Assembly (NCBI GenBank): GCA_964492745.1
Contig: CAZBLT010000003.1
Coordinates: 36,653 to 100,652 of the forward strand
Direction: 5' to 3'
DNA: 64,000 nucleotides
Source of the DNA: an uncultured Anaerolineaceae bacterium
Lineage (GTDB): Bacteria > Chloroflexota > Anaerolineae > Anaerolineales > E44-bin32
Part shown: positions 1-9,587 of the stretch, piece by piece
Layout: every line of letters starts with the position of its first letter
How positions within the stretch are numbered: position 1 is the stretch's first letter
Translations under genes and position numbers: made by a program
The notes under the pieces: model-generated
What the model was told of the DNA's origin: nothing
Databases searched by the model: none
The model's input: only the letters and a program-made list of their open reading frames with translations

Positions 1-1
1 G

Positions 2-628
2 CCCGAGATCGTTGCCGTCATCTCCCCGCTGCACATTCCCGTGCCGGGCCAAATTTTCACCACCGGCCATGAGGCCTATGCCACCCCACTGGGAATCATC
101 CCGGTCGACCAGAACTGCATCGCCGACTTCACCTCCGCCCTGGAGGAGCTTGGCGGGCCCCGCCTTGAAATCATTCGCAACGATTCCGAGCACTCGCTGG
201 AAATCGAACTCCCCTTCCTTCAGCGTGTCCTCGGCGATCGCTTTCGCCTCCTGCCGATCATGCTGCGCGACCAGACCCGGGCTGTGGCCGAACTCGTAGG
301 CCACGCTCTCGCTCGCAGCTTGGCGGACCACAACGCCATCCTCGTTGCCAGCTCTGACCTCTCGCACTTCTACCCCCAAGAGGTGGCCCATCAGTTCGAC
401 CAGCAAATGCTGGCCCGCGTGGAAGCTTTCGATCCTGAGGGAGTGATCGAAATTGAGGAACAAGGACGCGGATTCGCCTGCGGGCGCGCAGCGATCGCTG
501 CCGGGCTTTGGGCAGCCAAAGACCTCGGTGCCCAGCGCGTTCGCGTGGTCGACTACGCCACCTCGGGCGATGTGACTGGGGACTACGCCTCCGTGGTGGG
601 ATACGCAGCCGCGGTCATCTTGCGGTAG
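2..628 (+). CDS. AmmeMemoRadiSam system protein B / MEMO1-family protein (5' partial, runs off window start)
   Basis: The frame is open from base 2 (PEIVAVISPLHIPVPGQ...). The ORF-track translation contains SSDLSHFYPQE, GFACGRAAIAAG and ATSGDVTGDYASVVGYAAAV, which are typical of Memo-like proteins. Confidence 0.8.
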   Translation, partial: PEIVAVISPLHIPVPGQIFTTGHEAYATPLGIIPVDQNCIADFTSALEELGGPRLEIIRNDSEHSLEIELPFLQRVLGDRFRLLPIMLRDQTRAVAELVGHALARSLADHNAILVASSDLSHFYPQEVAHQFDQQMLARVEAFDPEGVIEIEEQGRGFACGRAAIAAGLWAAKDLGAQRVRVVDYATSGDVTGDYASVVGYAAAVILR

Positions 629-714
629 AAATGGCCAACATCCGATACGCATGCACAAAGCCGCACCCTTCTCATTCCTTGCAGCCAAATGCGGGTAAGA
701 TTACCGGAGCTTGA

Positions 715-2073
715 ATGGATAACACTATCTGGTTTGACCTTCTTCGACTGGCCGGCGTGGCCTTATTGGTGCTCGCCAACGGCTTCTTTGTCGCGGCCGA
801 GTTTGCGCTAGTAAGCGTTCGCCGCACGCGCATCGCTGAACTTATGGCGCAGGGCCATACGCGGGCGCGCTGGGTCGACCGAGCGATCCAAGACCCCGAC
901 CGTTTCATCGCCGCCACCCAATTGGGCATCACCCTGGCCAGCCTTGCCCTGGGATGGATTGGCGAGCCTGCACTGGGCCATCTCATTGAACCCATCATCG
1001 AACTCTTCCCAGGCACCATGAAAGCGGGCCTTTCAAGCAGTCTCTCCGCCGGCCTGTCCTTTGCCGTCATCACCTTCTTGCACGTCGTCGTCGGCGAACT
1101 GGCACCCAAGTCCATCGCCCTCCAGAACCCCGAGAAGACCGCGCTGGTCGTGGCTCAGCCCACAGTCTGGACCGAAACGGTGTTCAAGCCCTTCATCTGG
1201 GCGCTCAACGGAACCGGCAACGCCCTCCTGCGCTGGGCGGGCGTGCAACCCGCCAAGGGCCATGAACTCGTCCATTCGGTCGAGGAACTCAAGATGCTCG
1301 TGCGCGCCAGCGCCGAGGGCGGGGTGGTTGAAGACGAGGCCGAAGAGATGGTCACCGCGGTCTTCGATTTCGGTGACCTGCTTGTCCGCCAGATCATGAT
1401 TCCCCGCACGGAGATGCTGGCGGTACCCGCGGATGCCAGCGTTGGCGAGATCCTCGCCCTGGCCGAGCAACATCCCTACACGAAATTTCCGGTATATGGT
1501 GAAAATCCTGATCAGATTCTCGGCGTTGTCCATCTCCAGGATCTGATCCCCATCCTGAACCGCGGCGAGACCGATCGCAGCCTCGCCCGCGACCTCATGC
1601 GACAGGCTATATTCATCCCCGAGACAGCCCGGGTGAGCCGCTTGTTGCAGCTCTTCCGGACCAATAGGCAGCACATGGCCATCGTACTGGACGAGTATGG
1701 AGGTACAGCGGGCGTCGTTACCCTCGACGATCTGCTCGAGGAGATCGTTGGCGAGGTCAACGATGCCTTCGATGCCGAACCCGTGATCCAACCCCTTCCA
1801 GACGGCTCGGCGCTCGTGGATGGGCTCACGCTGATCGAGGACGTGAACGAGCATTTCAATCTCTCCCTGGATGATCCCTACTACGACACCATCGCCGGCT
1901 ATATACTCGGCCGCTTGGAGCGCATCGCCCAGGTGGGAGACACTATCACAGCAGATGGAGTCCGATTGCGAGTCGAGGCCATGGATGGCAAGCGCATCGC
2001 CCGCATCTCCATCGCGCCGCTGCAGGAAGGCAGCCCGCGGCCGCCTGTCGCCGACCCTTCGCAGGACGCCTGA
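715..2073 (+). CDS. Hemolysin-family / CNNM (DUF21)-CBS-CorC_HlyC membrane protein
   Basis: 452 aa. The N-terminal TM region has the FFVAAEFALVSVRR motif, followed by a CBS pair and a C-terminal CorC/HlyC-like domain. GGAG lies 6 nt upstream of ATG 715. Confidence 0.9.
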   Translation: MDNTIWFDLLRLAGVALLVLANGFFVAAEFALVSVRRTRIAELMAQGHTRARWVDRAIQDPDRFIAATQLGITLASLALGWIGEPALGHLIEPIIELFPGTMKAGLSSSLSAGLSFAVITFLHVVVGELAPKSIALQNPEKTALVVAQPTVWTETVFKPFIWALNGTGNALLRWAGVQPAKGHELVHSVEELKMLVRASAEGGVVEDEAEEMVTAVFDFGDLLVRQIMIPRTEMLAVPADASVGEILALAEQHPYTKFPVYGENPDQILGVVHLQDLIPILNRGETDRSLARDLMRQAIFIPETARVSRLLQLFRTNRQHMAIVLDEYGGTAGVVTLDDLLEEIVGEVNDAFDAEPVIQPLPDGSALVDGLTLIEDVNEHFNLSLDDPYYDTIAGYILGRLERIAQVGDTITADGVRLRVEAMDGKRIARISIAPLQEGSPRPPVADPSQDA

Positions 2074-2077
2074 GGCA

Positions 2078-4579
2078 ATGTACGTCGAGGTCGCCGTCAA
2101 CCTCCCGCCTGTTCGCGGCACCTTCGACTACCACCTGCCCCCCAGACTCCGCACCAAAGTGAGCATCGGCCATCTCGTCACCGCACCATTTGGACACCGA
2201 GAGGTGCAGGGCCTGGTGATCGCCACACCGAGCAAGCCAGCCGTCCCCCAAACGAGGCCTATCATCTCGCTGCTCGATCCTGAGCCGGTGGTGACGCCTC
2301 CTCAGCTAGAATTGGCGCGTTGGCTCTCCACCGAGACACACACTCCCTTGATCGACTGCTTGACGTTGATGCTTCCGCCTGGCCTGAGTCAGCAGGCCGA
2401 CTCTCTCTATCATCTCGAGATCGAGGATGCCCAAGTCAGCGGACCTCTGCAGCAAAGACTTCTTGACATGCTGCGGAAGCGCGGCGATCTGCGCGGGCGC
2501 CAGATCAGCAGGGCCATGCCGCGGCGCCGTTGGCGGTCTGCCATGGAGAGCCTTATTCGGCGAGGCATCGTCAGCCGCACACCCGTCTTGGATCCTCCGC
2601 GCGTCCGACCCCGCAAGATCCGCGTGGTCAGCCTTGCGGTGCCGCCCGAAACCCTGCATCCTGCCGAGCTGGCTCTGGGCCGAGAGGGCAGCCAGGCTTC
2701 CACCCGCCGCCAAAAGACACTGGAAGCCCTGCTTCACGCCGAGGGGTCGCTGCCTGTGCGCCAGATCTATGAGAGCACTGGCGCGACCTGGGCTGACCTG
2801 CGATGGCTCCATGAGCACAGGCTCATAGCCCTGAGCGAATCCGAAATCTGGCGTGATCCCCTGGAAGAGATCGATTTCGTGCCTTCGACGCCGCCAGAGC
2901 TAACGCAGGATCAGGCCCGCCTCTGGGAAGCCATTCGCCCAGACCTGGGAACACCAGGGCGAAACCCAACCATGCCCTTCCTGCTGCAGGGCGTGACCGG
3001 CTCCGGCAAAACCGAGATCTACCTTCGCGCCGTGGAGGCCACCCTAAAGTCCGGAATGGCGGCTATCGTGCTCGTACCCGAAATCGCCCTCACGCCCCAG
3101 ACTTTGCGAAGATTTCTGGCCCGATTCCCAGGGCGGGTGGGTGTCTATCACTCGCAACTTTCCGATGGCGAGCGCTATGACACCTGGCGGCGTTGCCGGG
3201 CGGGCGAGCTCCAGGTGATCGTCGGCCCACGCTCGGCCCTATTCACCCCCTTCCCCCGCATCGGGCTCATCGTGCTCGATGAATCCCACGACGAATCCTA
3301 CAAGGAGCAGTTGCGGGCACCACGCTACCATGCCCGTGAGGCCGCGCAAGCCTACGCGCGGATACTCAACGCCGTATGCATCCTCGGAAGCGCCACCCCG
3401 GACGTTGTCACCCGCTTCCGGGCCGATCAGGGACAGTTGCAGCGCCTGACCCTGCCCCAGCGCATCCTCGGCCATCGCGACCGTCTTCAGCGCCAGGCCC
3501 GCCGTCTCGGATTGAGGCCCGAATACCGGCCCATCGGGGGCGATGCCCAGGCCATCGATCTTCCGCCCGTCCGTGTGGTGGACATGCGCATGGAGCTGAA
3601 ATCCGGCAACACTTCGATGTTCAGCCGGCCCCTTCAAGAGGCGTTGCGCGAGACTCTAGATGCCCGACAGCAAGCCATCCTTTTCCTCAATCGCCGTGGC
3701 GCCGCCACCTACGTCTTTTGCCGGGATTGCGGATGGGTGGCGCGCTGCTCACACTGCGATACACCCCTCACCTTCCACGCCGATGACAAGCGCTTGCGTT
3801 GTCACCACTGCAACCATAGCCGCGAGCCCTTCCATCGATGCCCGGAATGCGGCAGCCTGCGCGTGCGCCATTTCGGCGCCGGCACCCAGCGCGTACAGGC
3901 AGAAGTTGAGCGGCTCTTTCCCGGCGCGCGGACACTCCGCTGGGATCGCGACACCACTCGAGGAAAGGGCTCCCACGCCTCGATCCTGGCCCGATTCGCA
4001 GCCCACGAGGCCGACGTGCTCATCGGCACTCAGATGCTCGCCAAGGGATTGGACCTCCCACTCGTCACGCTCGTCGGCGTGATCTCCGCCGATATCGGCC
4101 TCAATCTGCCCGACTACCGGGCTCCGGAACGGACCTTTCAAGTGCTCACCCAGGTGGCCGGTCGCGCCGGGCGCGGTCTCTTGGGCGGCCGCGTAATCCT
4201 TCAGACGTATCAGCCCGACCACTACGTCATTCGGGCCGCATCGAACCATGACTACGAAGACTTCTACCGTCATGAATTGCGGTACCGCCTCGACCTGGAT
4301 TATCCACCCTACACGCGCCTCGTCTCGCTGACCTACAGGCATCCCTCCCGCGAAACTGCGGCGGCCGAGGCCGAGCGCATGGCGCGCGTGCTCAGGCATC
4401 GACTTGCGGAGAGGGCCAGCCGGGGCATTCTCATTGGGCCGGCACCGTGCTTCTTCGAGCGCATCCGAGGGCACTATCGCTGGCAGATTATCCTGCGGAG
4501 CAAGGAGCCCCTTGATGAATTTCTCGAAAATCTACCTGAGGGTTGGGCCGTCGATGTCGACCCGGTCAGTTTGCTCTAG
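2078..4579 (+). CDS. priA: Primosomal protein N' (replication restart helicase PriA)
   Basis: Walker A GVTGSGKTE, DExH-like VLDESHD, and a Cys-rich zinc region (CRDCGW..CSHCD..CHHCN..CPECG). I moved the start to ATG 2078 (MYVEVAVNLPP), just after the upstream stop. The track ORF start at 1871 overlaps the previous gene. Confidence 0.9.
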   Translation: MYVEVAVNLPPVRGTFDYHLPPRLRTKVSIGHLVTAPFGHREVQGLVIATPSKPAVPQTRPIISLLDPEPVVTPPQLELARWLSTETHTPLIDCLTLMLPPGLSQQADSLYHLEIEDAQVSGPLQQRLLDMLRKRGDLRGRQISRAMPRRRWRSAMESLIRRGIVSRTPVLDPPRVRPRKIRVVSLAVPPETLHPAELALGREGSQASTRRQKTLEALLHAEGSLPVRQIYESTGATWADLRWLHEHRLIALSESEIWRDPLEEIDFVPSTPPELTQDQARLWEAIRPDLGTPGRNPTMPFLLQGVTGSGKTEIYLRAVEATLKSGMAAIVLVPEIALTPQTLRRFLARFPGRVGVYHSQLSDGERYDTWRRCRAGELQVIVGPRSALFTPFPRIGLIVLDESHDESYKEQLRAPRYHAREAAQAYARILNAVCILGSATPDVVTRFRADQGQLQRLTLPQRILGHRDRLQRQARRLGLRPEYRPIGGDAQAIDLPPVRVVDMRMELKSGNTSMFSRPLQEALRETLDARQQAILFLNRRGAATYVFCRDCGWVARCSHCDTPLTFHADDKRLRCHHCNHSREPFHRCPECGSLRVRHFGAGTQRVQAEVERLFPGARTLRWDRDTTRGKGSHASILARFAAHEADVLIGTQMLAKGLDLPLVTLVGVISADIGLNLPDYRAPERTFQVLTQVAGRAGRGLLGGRVILQTYQPDHYVIRAASNHDYEDFYRHELRYRLDLDYPPYTRLVSLTYRHPSRETAAAEAERMARVLRHRLAERASRGILIGPAPCFFERIRGHYRWQIILRSKEPLDEFLENLPEGWAVDVDPVSLL

Positions 4580-4657
4580 CGAAATTGAGCGTGGCCCTTA
4601 TGGGGTCGAGCTGCCAAAGCATACACTTCAAGATAAAGATAAGAAAAGGAGCCAGGC

Positions 4658-5110
4658 ATGACCAGTATACGAGAGGCGCTTGACCGCCATCTTCAGAGTA
4701 TCTTCGACGGCGATCTCGAGACCTACCATCAGACCAGCGTCCCCGAGCTTACGCTCTATGAATGGCACGTGACCCCTCATCGCATCGAGGGTTTGCCGTT
4801 CCATGACTTCATGATGACGGAAGCTGCCCGCCCGGACACAGCGGGCATGGCCCTCGATCCGCAACCCGCGTCACCGCCGGAGGACAAGGCGCGAGTTCGC
4901 TTCGATCTGGCCAATTACCGCGAGCAGGTCTATGGGGAGGCGGCCGTATGTTCCTACACCATGCTCATCTCGAAGGGCACCTCCAAGGGCGTGCAAGTGA
5001 TCAGCTACAACGAAAGCAGGGTGCTTATTAGCATGGATGGGACATGGCGCGTGGTGCATGTGCACAAATCTCCAAGCTGGCACGCGCCATTCCAGCCCCC
5101 CGCCTGTTAG
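4658..5110 (+). CDS. SnoaL-like / NTF2-fold (DUF4440-like) small protein
   Basis: 150 aa. AAAAGGAG SD upstream of ATG 4658. The C-terminal pattern ...ESRVLISMDGTWRVVHVHKS is typical of the NTF2-like fold. Function unknown. Confidence 0.55.
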   Translation: MTSIREALDRHLQSIFDGDLETYHQTSVPELTLYEWHVTPHRIEGLPFHDFMMTEAARPDTAGMALDPQPASPPEDKARVRFDLANYREQVYGEAAVCSYTMLISKGTSKGVQVISYNESRVLISMDGTWRVVHVHKSPSWHAPFQPPAC

Positions 5111-5242
5111 CCGTTTCGAGACTGCGAATGCCGAGGTTCCCAGGCCCGTGCATATGGAGTAAACTGCGGATGGATTCGCCTGATACTCGCCTACCCTGCC
5201 CCCTTGAATCCAGCGACACTTCGCCAAGGAGGTTCTAATCCA

Positions 5243-6094
5243 ATGATTAAGATTGTGGCCGATACCACCTGCAATCTGCCCGATGACATCCTCACGCAAT
5301 ATGACATCCGGCTGGCGCCCATAGCGATCCAATTTGGCGATGAAACTTTCGAAGAAGGCGTCAACATCGACCGCGCTACCTTCTACGCCAAGATCGATGA
5401 ACTCGGTATGATACCCGGCACATCTCAACCGACTCCGGCCTGGTTCGCCCAGCACTTCCGCGAGCTGCATGCGCAAGGCCATTCGATTCTAGTCATTACC
5501 ATCACCCGTAAGCACAGCGGCACCTATGATTCAGCCGTGCTGGCCAAGTCGATGGTTCCCGAGGCCAAGATCGAGGTCTTCGATTCTGCCAGCATTTCCC
5601 TGGGAACCGGCTGGATGATATTGGAGGCAGCCCGGGCCATCGAACGCGGCCTCAGCATGGATTCCATCCTGGAGCGTCTGCGAACCATTCGGGAGCAAGC
5701 CAGGCTCTTCCTGACACCTGCCACTCTGAAGTACCTGCAGATGAGCGGAAGGGTTGGAAGGCTCCAAGGTGCAATCGCCTCGCTGCTGAATGTCAAGCCC
5801 ATCATCGCACTAAAGGATGGCGTGCTCGCGGCCGGGGAGAATGTCCGCACGCGCTCCAAGGCCCTCAACCGCCTCCTGGAGTTGATCGCCGAGACCTTCG
5901 GGGATGCACCCATCAATCTAGCGGTGATCCATGCCCGAGTTGCGGAGGAAGGGAATCATTTGCTCAAGCGAGCCCGGAGCATGTTCAATATCCGCGAGTT
6001 CATGATTGCCGATCTGGTCGCTTCGCTGGCGGTGCATGGAGGCCCTGGTGTGATCGGCATCTTTGCCTATCCGGCCGAGGATCTGCCGGCCTAG
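5243..6094 (+). CDS. DegV family fatty-acid-binding protein
   Basis: MIKIVADTTCNLP..., GTSQPTP and a DegV-like layout. AAGGAGG SD lies 10 nt upstream of ATG 5243, so the track start at 5204 is probably too early. Confidence 0.9.
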   Translation: MIKIVADTTCNLPDDILTQYDIRLAPIAIQFGDETFEEGVNIDRATFYAKIDELGMIPGTSQPTPAWFAQHFRELHAQGHSILVITITRKHSGTYDSAVLAKSMVPEAKIEVFDSASISLGTGWMILEAARAIERGLSMDSILERLRTIREQARLFLTPATLKYLQMSGRVGRLQGAIASLLNVKPIIALKDGVLAAGENVRTRSKALNRLLELIAETFGDAPINLAVIHARVAEEGNHLLKRARSMFNIREFMIADLVASLAVHGGPGVIGIFAYPAEDLPA

Positions 6095-6126
6095 GGTCCC
6101 AATCGTCAATCCGCCTGTTAAGAGAC

Positions 6127-6157
6127 GCGGGGGCGCCGGATGACGCCCCCGTTTTCT
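6127..6157 (+). terminator. Rho-independent terminator after degV (may serve convergent dnaA as well)
   Basis: GCGGGGGCG-ccggatga-CGCCCCCG stem followed by TTTTCT. It sits between the convergent degV and dnaA genes. Confidence 0.7.
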
Positions 6158-6177
6158 ATCCAGCAAAGGGCTCGGGG

Positions 6178-7515
6178 CTAAACGCGCACCCCAGCCTCCT
6201 GGTATATCCTCTCCCGCAAGCGCATCACCCGGCGCCGCAGCGCATCATCCGTATCCAATAGGCCGGCGATCTTCTCGCAGCCGTAGAGGATCGTGCTATG
6301 GTCCCGATCGCCCAGCGCTCTACCAATGCTGGGAAGCGACTGGGAGGTCTCCTCCCGGATGAGGTACATGGCGATGTGCCGAGGCAGCGCAATATCCTTC
6401 GACCGATCGCGCCCTAGGAGACGCGCCTCGTCCACACCGAACTCTTCCGCCACCAAGGAAATGATGCGATCGGCCGTCAAGCCCTCGCCCCGCACCAGCA
6501 GGTCCGATAATGCCATCTCCACCAGGTCGGGGCTGAGCACCTCGCCGCGCAAATCGGCGTAGGCCACGACACGCGTGAGTGCCCCTTCCAATTCGCGGAT
6601 GTTGCTCTGGACGAGCCGAGCGATGAGATCCAGGATTTCAGCCGGGATTGGGCGCCCTGTTCGTTCCGCTTTCGAGCGCAATATCGCCAGGCGGGTCTCG
6701 AAGTCCGGGGGCTGGATATCCGCTGCAAGGCCCCACTCGAAGCGCGAGCGCAGACGTTCCTCGAGCGTCACCAATGCGCGCGGAGGCCGGTCGGAGGAGA
6801 TCACGATCTGCTTGTCCTGACCATGCAAGGTATTGAAGGTGTGGAAGAACTCTTCCTGCGTCGATTCTTTCCCGGCAATGAACTGGATATCATCGATCAG
6901 CAGCACGTCGATGCGCCGGTATCTTTCCCGAAACGCGGCTGTGTTCTGCGTCCGGATGGCGTTGATGAGATCGTTGGTGAACTCTTCCGAGGAGACGTAG
7001 AGGACATGCAGACCTTGGTCCAGGCAAGCCTGGCCCACGGCATGGAGCAGGTGGGTCTTGCCCAGCCCCACACCCCCGTAGAGGAACAGCGGATTGTAGG
7101 CCTTGGCCGGGCTCTCGACCACCGCCAGCGCCGCGGCGTGCGCCAGGCGGTTGCTTGCACCTACCACGAAGTTATCGAAAGTGTATCGGCGGTTCAAGCT
7201 GATTTCCTGGGGCGGCACCTGTGCGGGCTTCACCGGCAGTGCCTCCGGGACCTCATCCTCCGCTGGCTCCCCTTGCCACACCACAAACCGGACCTCGACT
7301 GTGCGGCCCAGAATCCCAGTCAGAACGCGTTTGGTCGTGGCCAGGAGCCGATCCTCCAGCCAATCGCGTGCATATGCGTTTCGCACCCCGATGATGAAGG
7401 TTCCATCTTCATAGGCAAGGTATTCCGCGTCGCGCACCCATGTATCGAAGCTGGCCCGGGGCATCTCCATCTGCAGTTGGCCCAGCGCTGCTTGCCAGTG
7501 TCGCTCCGCGTCCAT
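6178..7515 (-). CDS. dnaA: Chromosomal replication initiator protein DnaA
   Basis: Walker [14 protein letters not shown], Walker B LLIDDIQF, and a C-terminal DnaA-box-binding domain ([14 protein letters not shown]). The start is set at ATG 7515 (MDAERHW) with GGAGGTGAGG immediately upstream. Confidence 0.95.
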   Translation of the reverse strand: MDAERHWQAALGQLQMEMPRASFDTWVRDAEYLAYEDGTFIIGVRNAYARDWLEDRLLATTKRVLTGILGRTVEVRFVVWQGEPAEDEVPEALPVKPAQVPPQEISLNRRYTFDNFVVGASNRLAHAAALAVVESPAKAYNPLFLYGGVGLGKTHLLHAVGQACLDQGLHVLYVSSEEFTNDLINAIRTQNTAAFRERYRRIDVLLIDDIQFIAGKESTQEEFFHTFNTLHGQDKQIVISSDRPPRALVTLEERLRSRFEWGLAADIQPPDFETRLAILRSKAERTGRPIPAEILDLIARLVQSNIRELEGALTRVVAYADLRGEVLSPDLVEMALSDLLVRGEGLTADRIISLVAEEFGVDEARLLGRDRSKDIALPRHIAMYLIREETSQSLPSIGRALGDRDHSTILYGCEKIAGLLDTDDALRRRVMRLRERIYQEAGVRV

Positions 7516-7727
7516 CCTCACCTCCGGTACCATCCGCAGCCCGATAGGCTGCAACATGGCCGCGTGGCCATGCCATCGACGTGGCCGCTCCCAGGACTCA
7601 ATTGAAGAACCTCACAATGGTATTCAATCGCCGAGGACTTAACCGCTCTCACCCTCGGCGCTGGAGAGAACCGTGGACCCTCCTCCTCTCCCTTCCGGTC
7701 GCCTTGCCTGCGGTCCACGGTGGAAGC

Positions 7728-7756
7728 ATTCTAGCAAATCTTGGGGGCAGCTTCAA
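7728..7756 (-). promoter_or_regulatory. Candidate sigma70-type promoter for dnaA
   Basis: Minus strand reads TTGAAG (7756-7751), a 17-nt spacer, then TAGAAT (7733-7728). This implies a leader of about 200 nt that contains a 10-bp inverted repeat. Confidence 0.3.
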
Positions 7757-7810
7757 TACGCTAAGCCTTCGCCAACCTAAAAACTTTCAATGTTTTAAGG
7801 TGAAAGAACC

Positions 7811-8119
7811 TTAAGGAAGGCCGGCGCCAGGACCGCCCGACGAGCCTGCGCAGATCGGGCCGGCGGAGTCCGTAAGCCCTATATAGCGATGAGGTCTCCC
7901 GCACCTCCCCCAGATATAGGGAAGCTGCCCGCCGGATCCCGGTGCCCGCGCTAAGGCCAACCCCACCTTAAAGGCTCCCTCTGCCCTCCAGAGCGCCTGC
8001 GCCTCCAGACCGTTCGCCCTGCGGAGGCTTCCGAACTGGCTTGCTGGGACAAAAGCCGGGGCGGGCATCCCGCGCGGCCCCTCCAGAGTGCTGCGCGGGA
8101 CAAATTCTATTCGTTTCAA
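7811..8119 (-). CDS. Doubtful hypothetical ORF (102 codons) overlapping the radA stop; may instead be non-coding
   Basis: The TTG start overlaps the radA TGA (TTGA). The product is G/P/A/R-rich with no recognisable domain, which is typical of spurious ORFs in GC-rich DNA. Confidence 0.2.
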   Translation of the reverse strand: MKRIEFVPRSTLEGPRGMPAPAFVPASQFGSLRRANGLEAQALWRAEGAFKVGLALARAPGSGGQLPYIWGRCGRPHRYIGLTDSAGPICAGSSGGPGAGLP

Positions 8120-9492
8120 TCCCTGCGAGGCGCTAGAATCACCTTCAGGGCTTCCTGCAATGTGCGGGCCGGGACCGTCTCCAAACCCTTGCTGGGCGTG
8201 GCTCCATCGCGCAACCGCTTTGGCACGACCACGCGCCTGAAGCCTAGCTTGGCCGCCTCCTGCAAACGTTGCTCGATCTGCGAGACGGCCCGAAGCTCAC
8301 CTGAAAGGCCGAGTTCGCCGATAAGGGCCATATCCGCGGGGATGGCCTTGTCCTTGATCGAGGAGGCGATGGCCGCCGCCACCGCCAGATCCGCGGCCGG
8401 TTCCTGAATGCGAAGACCGCCCACCACATTTACGAACACATCCATATCTTCAACCCGGTAGCCGGCCCGGCGCGAGAGCACCGCAAGCGTCAGGAAAAGG
8501 CGGTTCAGGTCCACCCCATTGGCCATCCGCCGCGGGTGACCAAATCCCGTCTTGCTCGCCAATCCTTGGACCTCCACCAGCAGCGGTCGTGTCCCTTCCA
8601 TTGTCACCGCCACGGCCGAGCCAGGCTCCTTGACTACCCGCTCTGCCAAAAAGGCCTCGGAAGGATTGGGCACCTCCACCATGCCCGAGGAGCGCATTTC
8701 GAACACTCCAACTTCGGTCGTGGCGCCGAAGCGATTCTTCACCGAACGTAGCAGCCGATAGGCATGGTAGGGGTCGCCCTCCAGATAGAGCACCGTGTCG
8801 ACGATATGCTCCATCACCCGCGGGCCGGCGATGGCTCCCTCCTTGGTCACATGCCCGATCAGGAAAACAGCCGTCTCGGACCGCTTGGCCATCGCCTGCA
8901 ACCTGGCCGCGGATTCCCGGACCTGGGAAATCGAACCCGCGCTGGATTCCAATTCGGGGAGATGCATGGTCTGGATCGAGTCGATCACGACCAGGCTTGG
9001 CCGCAACTGGTCTACCTGGCCCAGCACCATCTCGAGGTCCGTCTCGGTCAGCACATAGAGCCCTTCTGGGAGTGGATCTGCCTGGAGCCTCAGGGCTCGC
9101 GACTTGATTTGGCGCTCCGATTCCTCGCCGGACACATAGAGCACTCGCTCTCTCCGCGCGATTTCGGTCGCCAATTGCAGCAGGAGGGTCGACTTTCCAA
9201 TACCGGGGTCACCGCCGATGAGCACTACCGAGCCGGGGACGATTCCCCCTCCCAAGACCCGTGCAAATTCACCAATCGGCAGTTCGATCCGTCCATCGCC
9301 GCCCCCCTCTACCTGCTCCAACGCGACGGCTCCGCGCCCTGCCTGCGCCCTTGGCCGGCGACGGGAGCCGCCCGCTGGGATGATCTCCTCCACCATGCTA
9401 TTCCAGGCACCGCATTGCGGACAACGGCCAAGCGCCTTGGGAGCTTTCCGGCCGCACTGCTGGCAGACATATTGCGCTCTGGCTTTGGTCAT
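8116..9492 (-). CDS. radA: DNA repair protein RadA/Sms
   Basis: N-terminal zinc ribbon CQQCG..CPQCG, Walker A GGDPGIGKST, the KNRFG motif and a Lon-protease-like C-terminal domain. ATG 9492 is preceded by CAGGAGGGG. Confidence 0.95.
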   Translation of the reverse strand: MTKARAQYVCQQCGRKAPKALGRCPQCGAWNSMVEEIIPAGGSRRRPRAQAGRGAVALEQVEGGGDGRIELPIGEFARVLGGGIVPGSVVLIGGDPGIGKSTLLLQLATEIARRERVLYVSGEESERQIKSRALRLQADPLPEGLYVLTETDLEMVLGQVDQLRPSLVVIDSIQTMHLPELESSAGSISQVRESAARLQAMAKRSETAVFLIGHVTKEGAIAGPRVMEHIVDTVLYLEGDPYHAYRLLRSVKNRFGATTEVGVFEMRSSGMVEVPNPSEAFLAERVVKEPGSAVAVTMEGTRPLLVEVQGLASKTGFGHPRRMANGVDLNRLFLTLAVLSRRAGYRVEDMDVFVNVVGGLRIQEPAADLAVAAAIASSIKDKAIPADMALIGELGLSGELRAVSQIEQRLQEAAKLGFRRVVVPKRLRDGATPSKGLETVPARTLQEALKVILAPRRD

Positions 9493-9528
9493 CGCCCCTC
9501 CTGGCGGGATTATACAGCCATCGACGCC

Positions 9529-9563
9529 GGACAAAAGAAGAGGCCCGACGCCTGTCGGGCCTC
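9529..9563 (-). terminator. Rho-independent terminator between clpC and radA
   Basis: Minus strand reads GAGGCCCGAC-aggc-GTCGGGCCTC (perfect 10-bp stem) followed by TTCTTTTGTCC. A perfect TATAAT (9514-9509) lies just downstream, ahead of radA. Confidence 0.7.
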
Positions 9564-9587
9564 TAAGATATCTGCGCGGCAATCTCT

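Noticed and set aside
1871-2077. N-terminal extension of the priA ORF as given in the ORF track (902 aa)
   Set aside because: The extension overlaps the 3' end of the preceding CNNM/CorC gene in another frame. The canonical PriA N-terminus (MYVEVAVNLPP) starts at ATG 2078, right after that gene's stop.
7811-8115. Possible RNase P RNA, tmRNA, SRP RNA or 6S RNA in the GC-rich spacer between radA and the dnaA promoter
   Set aside because: I could not find the universal motifs on either strand. The missing motifs are GAGGAAAGUCC and ACAGAAnCCGGCUUA for RNase P, the GGUUCGAnUCC T-arm plus CCA tail for tmRNA, and the GGAA tetraloop helix-8 core for SRP. The region is kept only as an unexplained region in the findings.
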